This document shows positions 23,801 through 30,739 of a stretch of 30,739 bases of DNA, in pieces; the stretch's first letter is position 1, and every line of letters begins with the position of its first letter. Below the pieces are notes generated by a model. It was not told the origin of the DNA, did not search any database, and saw only the letters and a program-made list of their open reading frames with translations. The DNA is from a virus. Taxonomy: Duplodnaviria > Caudoviricetes. The translations under genes and the position numbers were made by a program. The stretch spans positions 1-30,739 of IMG/VR virus record IMGVR_UViG_3300025358_000031; one strand, written 5' to 3'.

Positions 23801-24098
23801 CTTTGGCTAGCAGGATAATGTGGTTGTATAAGGAAGTATTATCGTCACGCTTAGCAACCGCTCTTTTATCAAAACGATCTGTAGCAGAAATATATGCTTC
23901 AAGCCCTAGTATAGGCTTCATTCCCAATTCTTTAGCAGCAATCTGCATATCTCTATGAGATGCTAGAGAGCCGTGATCTGTAATAGCCAAACTTGTCTGA
24001 CCTTGATTTTTTGCAGCATCAAGTAATTCATGAGGTGTGTTTAAACCATCCATAAGCGAATAGTGCGAATGGACATGCAAATGAACAAAGTCAGACAT
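20823..24098 (-). CDS. dnaE: DNA polymerase III alpha subunit (family C)
   Basis: PHP HLHVHS..SLMDG, TDHG, GPGRGSAAGS, PDIDTD, HAAG, KLDVLGL, YQEQ, YSFNRSH. Confidence 0.97.
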   Translation of the reverse strand: MSDFVHLHVHSHYSLMDGLNTPHELLDAAKNQGQTSLAITDHGSLASHRDMQIAAKELGMKPILGLEAYISATDRFDKRAVAKRDDNTSLYNHIILLAKDDLGLKNLQKLSQIAWTEGYYHKPRIDIDALFEFGDGIIVVSGCMNGLISKAIERGDNDKAREYVKMFKNRFGKDFYIEVQSHNPESLNTALLALADELGVKPVATGDCHFAKKEERDLEELLLILSTKPTQNKEADYTSGRSFTNVIDRFDHLYPDRPISFSDINVYIQSYKEIKADFEKAGITRKDIYESSVEIASKIEVYDFHENLDLLPVPKKNALKTVKEMCEKSLVEKGLDNETYRNRLQEELQVIADKNFASYFLVVGDMVGWAKDNEIMVGPGRGSAAGSLVCYLMGITDVDPIKFDLLFFRFINPERNDFPDIDTDFMDRRRGEVKEYLRKKFKHVASISTYQYFKDKGVVRDVARAFLVPLGEVNKALKGVETFEEYESSQSTEEFRKKYPEVTKYASMLRGKIRGNGMHAAGVVVARDDISKYVPIETRKDPNESVSGRIPVVAYDMEQTADLGLIKLDVLGLKTLSVIDDALRTIEHIKKKKINLKDIKLDDSKVFEMLSGGFTKGVFQAEATPYTNLLMKMGVSTFEDLAASNALVRPGAMNTVGGSYIRRKRGEEMVTYAHPIMHEFTERTYGVIIYQEQVMQACVYLGGMSWADADKVRKIIGKKKDASEFDAYKDQFVQGASKHITSEDAIKLWHDFEAHAGYSFNRSHAIAYSMLSYYTAWLKYYYPLEFMFAVLKNEKDKDARTDYLLEAKRLGIKVLLPHINESELDFSIQGNSIRFGLSNIKYISDNIGSKITALRPFSSYKDFTEKAGVKGSGINSRAIDSLNTIGAAAFSDNKRKGNENENLYEYLGIPKFDTGKLSPAIKAQVNPLEEFLEEGCFVLLAMVKSIKKGPTWARVELVDDTGSVGIFHEVNTKIEPGMMYFFLVGDNRIHKYVTIQDVVDKTDDPFVQWLYKDKLKIDSGKRLVLDFTHYKTKANKMMAHIILSDADKNLERVIAFPKLYAKALGRMQAGMICDPAIAQMDDGTLFVKEVG

Positions 24099-24123
24099 GT
24101 TTAACTTTTCTACTAGTTTTTAA

Positions 24124-24801
24124 TTACCACTCAACGGCGGATGAGGTTGACTGCAAAGATTCATCGGATGAATCAGAAGTAATTCCAAGATAGAATGCTT
24201 CCTGCTCATCATATTGAACATCACGAACTGCTGTCTTTTGCAAATCAATTGGAGCGAACTTTTCAAAATCAATTGCAGCAACATCAGCTGTTGGCAAAGG
24301 AATAATTGAATAGTTAGTATCAGTAGCTGTACCTGTACGCTTTAGCTTCCAAGTCAGGTTTGTAATGCTTCCTGTTTCTCCCGCATAGTTGATAATCTCA
24401 GGAGTTGCAGACTTTGGACCTGCACCTTGTGAAAAGATTGCTACGTATGGCTCTTCTGAACCATCGTCAACAATAACATTTGCATAGAAGCGTGAGCGAC
24501 CCTTCCAACCAGCCTTTGGGTCACGACGGTGCATTTCGCATCCGTAGCAACGACCTTGGTCTTCAATTGTGCAAAGTGCCTTACGCTTGTAATCCTTTGG
24601 ATTGGTATGCTCTACTGCAATAAAAGCTAGACCACCCTGAGCTGAATAGTTCTTTGAGTCTGGATCAATTTCTTGCATGAAGCGGATTTTTACTGATTGG
24701 CCATCTTTAAGTTGTAGCCATCTTCCTTTTTGTGTTTCGCCAGAATGAGACTTTTGTTCCATTTGTTCATTCATAGCCTTTAGACCTGTTACGATTCCCA
24801 T
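24124..24801 (-). CDS. ssDNA-binding protein (gp32-like)
   Basis: Lies between primase and dnaE; L.LKDG.SV.IRF, H..C..C..C zinc site, KRTG...DT.Y, acidic tail ending in W. Confidence 0.7.
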   Translation of the reverse strand: MGIVTGLKAMNEQMEQKSHSGETQKGRWLQLKDGQSVKIRFMQEIDPDSKNYSAQGGLAFIAVEHTNPKDYKRKALCTIEDQGRCYGCEMHRRDPKAGWKGRSRFYANVIVDDGSEEPYVAIFSQGAGPKSATPEIINYAGETGSITNLTWKLKRTGTATDTNYSIIPLPTADVAAIDFEKFAPIDLQKTAVRDVQYDEQEAFYLGITSDSSDESLQSTSSAVEW

Positions 24802-24852
24802 ATTGTTTCTCCTTAGTATAAGGGCTGTTTGATGCCCTGCCTATCTAGTATA

Positions 24853-25812
24853 TCACATAACTGCGTACTCAAAATGCGGAATTGCATTCTTTATACACAT
24901 TTTTATCTCATCATCTGTGAGATCCCCCACATCTTTTGCCATATGTGGATATACACAGTTGTGGTCATATTTAGCCCACAAAACATTTTTATTCTTTAAT
25001 TTATTAGCAATAGTATTTCCCAATGCCCGCCCAGCTGAATCATTGTCTGTCATTATGATAACTGTAGATGCATATTTATTTAAGTGTTGAATGTTAGTAT
25101 CTGATATGCTACCACCTAGGGTAGCAACAGCATTTGGAAATCCCGCCTGCCACAAACGAATGGCATCAAAACTAGACTCCACGACTATAATAGTTCCGCC
25201 TTCACGCTTTGCTCTATGCAGGTTAAACATAGTTTTATTTCGTGGCAGGTTAGGACTATTCTTAAAAGCTTTACCCTCTATTGAACGACCAATCACACCA
25301 ACTGGTATTCCGTCTGGTGAATGCAATGGTACAGTAACCATGCCCTGAGTATCTGAATACCCCAAATTAAAATAACGACCAGCTTCTTTATTGATCTTTC
25401 TTGATAGAAAATATTCTTGTGCTTTTGGATTCTGCTCTAGATTTGTATTTAACTTATCTAAAGTTAACTGCGAAAACTCTACAAACTCTGGCTTATCCTC
25501 TAGCAGGTCTTTTAACTCTTCTTCAAGAATATCTGCTGCTGATAGCTTATTTGATGATATAAATCTCATGGCTTCAAAGTCATTACGGTTAGTTAATGTC
25601 TTTACAAGCTCTAGAACTGTCCCCGCCGAATTACAATTTTGGTTATAGCAAATATACAATCCCTTTGAATAACTTACCGCAAAAGCTGGGGAATCTGTAT
25701 TGTGATGAAAAGGACAAAGGCACAGAAAGTCTGTGCCTGTTTGTGAAATTATTTCAATGCCACAAGATTGCAAAATAGAGCGGAGGTCCGCTTTAGTATA
25801 TGCATCTGACAT
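24853..25812 (-). CDS. dnaG: DNA primase (Zn finger + TOPRIM)
   Basis: CPFH...C....C, GR, VVESSFD, ATLG, MTDND.AG, KD. Confidence 0.9.
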   Translation of the reverse strand: MSDAYTKADLRSILQSCGIEIISQTGTDFLCLCPFHHNTDSPAFAVSYSKGLYICYNQNCNSAGTVLELVKTLTNRNDFEAMRFISSNKLSAADILEEELKDLLEDKPEFVEFSQLTLDKLNTNLEQNPKAQEYFLSRKINKEAGRYFNLGYSDTQGMVTVPLHSPDGIPVGVIGRSIEGKAFKNSPNLPRNKTMFNLHRAKREGGTIIVVESSFDAIRLWQAGFPNAVATLGGSISDTNIQHLNKYASTVIIMTDNDSAGRALGNTIANKLKNKNVLWAKYDHNCVYPHMAKDVGDLTDDEIKMCIKNAIPHFEYAVM

Positions 25813-26106
25813 TTATTTTCCTTTGGGTATTAAACTCTGACCAGAGAACCCTTCATACTTTAATGCTTTGGATTTACCAATGTAAATTCCGTACATTACA
25901 AGGTTGAAAGAATAGTGGTCCTTGTTCTCATTATATTTTACATTAAACTGAGGCTGCATGTCAAGGACAGGAACGTAACCTTTGTCTCGCATCTGCTGGA
26001 CCAAAAGTCTTTCATAGTTCTCCCTTGAGCTCTGAAAGATAGAATCATCTTTGATAATTCCATTCATCCAGAAGTCATGTATTTTTCTTGGGTACATGAT
26101 CACCAA
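25813..26106 (-). CDS. hypothetical protein
   Basis: ORF between helicase and primase; start GTG 26106 or ATG 26097. Confidence 0.7.
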   Translation of the reverse strand: MVIMYPRKIHDFWMNGIIKDDSIFQSSRENYERLLVQQMRDKGYVPVLDMQPQFNVKYNENKDHYSFNLVMYGIYIGKSKALKYEGFSGQSLIPKGK

Positions 26107-26149
26107 TCTTTCTTGATAATTATATCAAGTTAGATAATGATTACATAAA

Positions 26150-27376
26150 TTACGCTATACCCTTGTCGTACAACTCAGTAATAATTCCTCGGTTCAAATC
26201 CCAGTCCAAATAGAACCCGAACTCAGTACCATGGCGGTTCTTACGGCTTACAATTTCTATAACATTTGAATCAGGTTGCTTATGTACTGCGATAGCCATA
26301 TCAGCATCATATTCAATAGCCTTTGACCATGCTACTTGCGAAAGTAGTGGCGGGGCATCTTGGTCAGATACATCATCCATGGTTGCAGCTGTAATATCAA
26401 TAATAGGAATATTATTGCGAACTGCCAACAGCTTAAAGTCACGAGAGATATTTCTATTTCTTTCAACTTCTGATTTGGCTCCAGATGAATCATTAAACAA
26501 TTGATGATAATCAAGAATAACAATATCTGGCTTATGCTGGTCAATCTTTGCTTGTACTGTATTTGGTGTAACCTGACCAGTACCTTCATTTGATACTAGG
26601 ATAAATTGATTCTTATTATTGAATTTCTTTGTACCCCAGTCATCAAATTGTTCTATGTCAATATTACCTCTAGAGAAGTCTGAAGCCTTAAACAATCCCG
26701 ACCCCATCATTGTATAGATACGGTCACGCATATTCTCTGGGGTCATTTCAAGGGATATGATCATGGGTTTAAATCCCTGTTCCCAAGCTTTACAAGCCAA
26801 ATAAGAGGAGAACCAAGTCTTACCCCTACCTGGCCAACCAATCATAACTATAAGGTGTCCTGGAGCCATTCCTGTGGGATATGCATAGTCAATTGCTTTA
26901 AAGCCAGTCATAATACCTGGGCTACCGCCCATAGCATCAGAACGATTTCTAACTGCTTCAAAATGCTGTTCAGCTAACTTAAAGTCTGTAAGATCAACAT
27001 CTCGGACACTTGCAGTAAGTTTGCCTAGCGTGTTCAATTCTTTTTGCATCTCTAAGATAACTCTAGATGAGGCTTCTGTCTTTAAGCTCGCACCAGACGA
27101 TAGCAATAGGTTTCTAACTCTGCTTGCAAGATATTCATTCTTTAGCTGGTCAAGATAATATGCTGTCTCGCCTTTAACGCTTGCTGGCTCAAAATCTTTA
27201 AATCTTTCTGTAAGCACTGAAACATCTGGAACAGCTTTAAACTTTAGATAGTAAGACTTTAAGCCTTCCCAAACATCTCTATGTGAAGTAAATACCTCAT
27301 CAATGTTTTCAGCAAGAACTGTAGCAATATCTTTATTGTGACAAACTGCTGTAATAACTGCGGACTCAGTATTCAT
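26150..27376 (-). CDS. dnaB: DnaB-like replicative helicase
   Basis: TGF..ID, GWPGRGKT, ISLEM, ILDY, S.AIEYDAD, KNRHG; start placed at MNTES. Confidence 0.93.
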   Translation of the reverse strand: MNTESAVITAVCHNKDIATVLAENIDEVFTSHRDVWEGLKSYYLKFKAVPDVSVLTERFKDFEPASVKGETAYYLDQLKNEYLASRVRNLLLSSGASLKTEASSRVILEMQKELNTLGKLTASVRDVDLTDFKLAEQHFEAVRNRSDAMGGSPGIMTGFKAIDYAYPTGMAPGHLIVMIGWPGRGKTWFSSYLACKAWEQGFKPMIISLEMTPENMRDRIYTMMGSGLFKASDFSRGNIDIEQFDDWGTKKFNNKNQFILVSNEGTGQVTPNTVQAKIDQHKPDIVILDYHQLFNDSSGAKSEVERNRNISRDFKLLAVRNNIPIIDITAATMDDVSDQDAPPLLSQVAWSKAIEYDADMAIAVHKQPDSNVIEIVSRKNRHGTEFGFYLDWDLNRGIITELYDKGIA

Positions 27377-27698
27377 TATCTCTTTCTTCAACCATAGACT
27401 TAGTACGTGCTCTAATTAAATCCCGACGAGATTTATCTTCTTCTGTCTGTTGCAATGTAAGGTCAAGCTTCTCAAAGTTGTAAAAGAACCAAGTCAAAGG
27501 ATGTCCACTCTTAGTAATCTTAAAGTAGTACTCCAAAAGGACTTTAGCTCTGTCATAGCCAACGCTATCAATAACATCTTGCATAGCCCACTTTTCTCTG
27601 TACTTGTTTACAACAGCGGGCTTCTTGTAATGCTCTTTGTATAAAGCACAGTAAAGTGAAACTAAGCCGTATGCCAGCTTCGCTTCATCTTTTGTCAT
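27366..27698 (-). CDS. hypothetical protein (possible helicase loader or replication accessory, from position only)
   Basis: Coupled ORF immediately upstream of dnaB. Confidence 0.65.
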   Translation of the reverse strand: MTKDEAKLAYGLVSLYCALYKEHYKKPAVVNKYREKWAMQDVIDSVGYDRAKVLLEYYFKITKSGHPLTWFFYNFEKLDLTLQQTEEDKSRRDLIRARTKSMVEERDNEY

Positions 27699-27910
27699 TT
27701 TTTACCTTTGTTAGAATTTAACTCTTGCTCAACCTCGTTGACTTTCTCCATCAACTTCTTCTCAACGAAAGTATACACTCTATTTGTAGCTTCGTCAATT
27801 GACTCATGCTCTCTCTTAAAATCTTCAATGCCAATACCAATTTTTAAACTTTCATAGTTACCTAGGTTGCGGGTGAACTGAAGTTCAACTTTAACGTTAG
27901 TCTGATTCAT
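27695..27910 (-). CDS. hypothetical protein
   Basis: V.V.L.FTRNLGNYESLKI.IG motif typical of small phage proteins. Confidence 0.7.
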   Translation of the reverse strand: MNQTNVKVELQFTRNLGNYESLKIGIGIEDFKREHESIDEATNRVYTFVEKKLMEKVNEVEQELNSNKGKK

Positions 27911-28130
27911 CTTCTACCTTATCTTCCTTATCTGCTGAAAATGCAAATCCTGGCTTAAACTTTTTAATACTGCCTTCTGATAAATGCTGATACAACATCA
28001 TCAAACGATCTGAGATACCTATCATAGCATCAATATCCTGCTTTTGTATAGCTAATTCCATTGTGAATTCCAACACTTTTAATGCTTGATGCAATACATG
28101 CTTAGCATCTTTGTCAGACTTATTTACCAT
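27897..28130 (-). CDS. hypothetical protein
   Basis: Coupled 77-aa ORF. Confidence 0.65.
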   Translation of the reverse strand: MVNKSDKDAKHVLHQALKVLEFTMELAIQKQDIDAMIGISDRLMMLYQHLSEGSIKKFKPGFAFSADKEDKVEDESD

Positions 28131-28639
28131 TCAGGTGCTTTCCAAACTGGGACAAATTCCCCTTCGTTATTCTTAACATATAAAATGTTTTCTTGCTTCA
28201 TCATAGCTTCTATCTCTGCTCTAGAGGGCATATCTCCTACGGTGATTTTTCCGTCTCCCCGTGGTCTGCCTCTGTGTACTGTTTTAAAAAAATCATGCAT
28301 GTCTCGGATATCATCTTCACTCCAGTAGTACTTACCTGGGGTTTTCTTTCCGTTAAGAGAATAAACTTGTTGTGGAGCTTTTAGATTACCACGATATATA
28401 TGTAATTTTATTGTGTCTTCGTGCTTGCCAATAATTTTAACTACTTCTGAGATGGGGTAAGCATGCTGCTTATTTTTGTTGACTTCCGCCAAACTATAAG
28501 CAACACGCTTACCACTTTCGTAATCCCAGGCTACCAGAAGGTCTTCGCCACGAGAGCGTCGCAAAACTTTGTGTAATCTACCGTTTAAATAGAAATACCG
28601 TAGCCGTGCTGAAGAGCTGACTCTTTTCTTGCTACCCAT
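28124..28639 (-). CDS. DNA-binding protein with MerR-like HTH and GRPR (AT-hook-like) motif
   Basis: Y.ISEV..IIGKH.DTI......G.L..P ... WSEDDI ... RGRPR. Confidence 0.7.
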   Translation of the reverse strand: MGSKKRVSSSARLRYFYLNGRLHKVLRRSRGEDLLVAWDYESGKRVAYSLAEVNKNKQHAYPISEVVKIIGKHEDTIKLHIYRGNLKAPQQVYSLNGKKTPGKYYWSEDDIRDMHDFFKTVHRGRPRGDGKITVGDMPSRAEIEAMMKQENILYVKNNEGEFVPVWKAPEW

Positions 28640-28770
28640 GTTGCGAACCTATTCTCTATCCTGATCATCCATCTTTTCCCACATAGTATGCAGAACAATT
28701 CAACTCTTAGGTTTTGGGAATAAACTCTATCAACGAATACTCGGCCTGCACACTTTTTACAATTAAGCAT
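28585..28770 (-). CDS. small Zn-ribbon protein
   Basis: CKKCAGRVFVD...LFCILCGKRW. Confidence 0.7.
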   Translation of the reverse strand: MLNCKKCAGRVFVDRVYSQNLRVELFCILCGKRWMIRIENRFATWVARKESALQHGYGISI

Positions 28771-28791
28771 TATTAAGTTTTCTTATATAAC

Positions 28792-28995
28792 TTACTTAGC
28801 TGCTGGTGTTGTTGACTTTGCTGATGCTGCCTGAAGATGCTCGTAAGCACTCTTAAGAACTGGACCAAATACACCAACTACTGCTGCCCATGCAACTTGC
28901 TTGAGGTGATGATTGCCACCCTGCCAGATTGCAACTGCTGCAACGATTGTTGAGATAACATAGTGCTCAAATAGAGCCTTTGTCTTTGCGTTCAT
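28792..28995 (-). CDS. small membrane protein (holin-like)
   Basis: Two hydrophobic segments; AGGAG SD. Confidence 0.65.
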   Translation of the reverse strand: MNAKTKALFEHYVISTIVAAVAIWQGGNHHLKQVAWAAVVGVFGPVLKSAYEHLQAASAKSTTPAAK

Positions 28996-29013
28996 TTATT
29001 TCTCCTATTTAGG

Positions 29014-29769
29014 TTATGCGGTAAATACTTTACCGTCAACTACACAAGTATAATCTCGTGTAATTTGTATTAGCTGGACGTGTGGATAATCATTGACAAC
29101 ATGTGCCACTGCAAATCCCGCCTGCCAATTCTTTTGGATTGAATAATCCATCTTTTCTTCGTCACAAAGGTGACCTATTTCATATCCACGCAGTTCTTGA
29201 CCACTTAGATTGTATGTCTGATAATAGGCTCCCATGCGATGAGAATGTCCACGAACTAGAGAGATTCCCCAGTTGTTGACATCGTTACGAACAGATTCTC
29301 CAGAGTGTTTGGAAATGGACTCGCCATGATGACCATACATATCACCAAAACGCTTAACTGGTGGTTCATTATAATGATGCCAGTTAAAGCCATGCTTATT
29401 ATATTCATATAGTGAATCTGGTGTAACGAAATCTAGTAGTGTTGGAGCTTTCTTTGCAATGTAATCTCCATGTCTTGTCCAGCCATGATTACCATCATGA
29501 AAATGACAATCTGCATCTGGAACAATTGCTCTAATGTCTGCTAAGAACTGACGAGTTCCTGTAACCCCGCCATCCATAATTGAAACTCCTTCGTCGGGCA
29601 ATCCATCTGCCCAGCGGCTTGTTGAATCCGCATCATCAATGTCACCAAGCAGATCAACTGCATCTGGTTGCCACCACTTCATAACATTTAAAAATAATTC
29701 TACCTTGCGTTCATCGTGTCGGGGAAAGTGTACATCCGACACCATCATCCACTTTAAGTCGTTAGTCAT
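29014..29769 (-). CDS. calcineurin-like metallophosphoesterase
   Basis: SDVH, LGD..D, GNH, HHG, GHSH motifs. Confidence 0.9.
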   Translation of the reverse strand: MTNDLKWMMVSDVHFPRHDERKVELFLNVMKWWQPDAVDLLGDIDDADSTSRWADGLPDEGVSIMDGGVTGTRQFLADIRAIVPDADCHFHDGNHGWTRHGDYIAKKAPTLLDFVTPDSLYEYNKHGFNWHHYNEPPVKRFGDMYGHHGESISKHSGESVRNDVNNWGISLVRGHSHRMGAYYQTYNLSGQELRGYEIGHLCDEEKMDYSIQKNWQAGFAVAHVVNDYPHVQLIQITRDYTCVVDGKVFTA

Positions 29770-29794
29770 ATAATCCTTTGTCTAGGTTTAATCA

Positions 29795-29824
29795 ATTGTA
29801 GCGTAGTGTATTGTTTTTTGTCAA
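29795..29824 (-). promoter_or_regulatory. promoter heading the phosphoesterase/replication region
   Basis: TTGACA-N18-TACAAT. Confidence 0.72.
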
Positions 29825-30081
29825 GCTACATGAGCTTTATTATGTTCTAATCTTGAACATAAGAATAGATTAATTAATCTATTATCTTGCTTATCATTAT
29901 TAATATGATGAATGGTTTCCCAATCACTAATTATTCTATTTAATTGTTTTTCAATTATAAGGCGGTGTTCATAATACCACCCTTTAAAATTCTTAGGATG
30001 TTCTGGCACTTTTACCAAAACATAACCTTCTTTACTTATTTTCTTTTCCCGCTTTGTCCAAACCTTTATTGGTTCGTACAT
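29821..30081 (-). CDS. HNH endonuclease domain protein
   Basis: GYV....PEHP.....YEHRL...HHIN.DKQDNRL.NL.L....EH...H; start MYEP (TGATG coupling). Confidence 0.85.
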   Translation of the reverse strand: MYEPIKVWTKREKKISKEGYVLVKVPEHPKNFKGWYYEHRLIIEKQLNRIISDWETIHHINNDKQDNRLINLFLCSRLEHNKAHVA

Positions 30082-30464
30082 CAAGTTCCTATTGCAACAA
30101 CATAAAATTTCCAAGTGCTGGTAGGCGTAGCACTCAGGGTAAAAACTGCCTGCGTTGTATTAAGTGAAGATATCCAAGCATAACCACCTGTTGAAGAGCT
30201 ACCAGTATAAACTGATCCAGTCAACGACAAAAAGCTGCTGAGACCAAAGTCTGCTGCATTGACAGTAATGGTTTTTGTAGTGCCCAGGTTATAGACATGA
30301 TACTTGTATAGAGGAACTGCTGTGCCTCCTCCAGTTGTAGCTACTGGAGCGGGAGTCAAAGTATTAATCTGTGACTGCAAATTATTAATAGCAGTCATCA
30401 TTTGTGATATAAGGCTATAGTCAATTACAGCATTGTCTGTAGGTAATACTAGGCTTTGTGACAT
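30081..30464 (-). CDS. putative minor tail/virion protein
   Basis: S/T-rich beta-type C-terminus ending YVVAIG, with N-terminal coil. Confidence 0.6.
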   Translation of the reverse strand: MSQSLVLPTDNAVIDYSLISQMMTAINNLQSQINTLTPAPVATTGGGTAVPLYKYHVYNLGTTKTITVNAADFGLSSFLSLTGSVYTGSSSTGGYAWISSLNTTQAVFTLSATPTSTWKFYVVAIGT

Positions 30465-30739
30465 TAAAGTTTATCTCCTTCTGGATGGATAGAAATTTCT
30501 TTCTCCCCCGCCTTTATAATAACTGCATCAAGCCATTCTAGCACATCTGGATCTGTTATGTGGCGTCTTTTTGAATCGCTTATAAGATATATTTTACCAT
30601 CTGCAATGTTCTTTACCAAAGTCCCGTCTCTAAAGCCCAGGAGACCGCTGGTACTTAAATTAGATATCTTTGATTCAGAAGTCTTTATAACTGGAAGATT
30701 CCACGACAACATAGCTCTATCTGAAACAAATTTAAATTT
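30464..30739 (-). CDS. hypothetical protein, 5'-truncated by the window edge
   Basis: Frame is open to the edge (KFKFVSDRA-MLSW...); GFRDGTL...DGKIYLI....RRHI..P motif. Confidence 0.65.
   Translation of the reverse strand, partial: KFKFVSDRAMLSWNLPVIKTSESKISNLSTSGLLGFRDGTLVKNIADGKIYLISDSKRRHITDPDVLEWLDAVIIKAGEKEISIHPEGDKL

Noticed and set aside
11525-27376. Inteins or introns in terL, recA, dnaE or dnaB
   Set aside because: Lengths are ordinary, conserved motifs are contiguous, and no intein splice motifs were seen.
697-28384. Plus-strand and nested minus-strand ORFs in the six-frame track
   Set aside because: All lie antisense to or out of frame within well-supported genes, and none shows a recognisable motif.
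29821-30081. Mobile homing endonuclease or intron
   Set aside because: It is a minimal free-standing HNH domain translationally coupled to its neighbour, with no interrupted host gene.

Overview
This 30.7-kb window is a low-GC segment of a tailed dsDNA phage genome, with every convincing gene on the minus strand. WhiB, an FmdB-type zinc ribbon, an actinobacterial-type RCDxC...FCGHH protein and probable leaderless genes point to an actinobacterial host (inference). In transcription order (right to left) it holds: (i) two virion-type genes, an HNH protein and a metallophosphoesterase; (ii) a replication/recombination block with DnaB helicase, primase, SSB, DnaE, RecA, an Hjc-like resolvase, a Cas4-like exonuclease and RuvC; (iii) an AT-rich sugar cassette (GT25, DxD glycosyltransferase, NAD-dependent epimerase) plus a DUF1599/Nmad1-like gene; (iv) small and large terminase; (v) seven tRNAs with an unexplained 128-nt structured RNA among them; (vi) a three-module glycine-rich protein; (vii) an accessory region with Hsp20, Dps, GroES, WhiB, tRNA-Arg and several low-complexity proteins. 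The best leads are a set of unrelated proteins sharing a W-x-G-[AS]-F-[AS]-P peptide and repeated hydrophobic-x-K sites (possible head-cargo addressing and processing system), a strand-biased excess of CCCGC/GCGGG that is missing from the sugar cassette, the inter-tRNA ncRNA, a ROSE-like thermometer on hsp20, a possible +1 frameshift fusion, and a family of TTGACA-N18-TAnAAT promoters. All calls come from reading motifs by eye; no searches were run.
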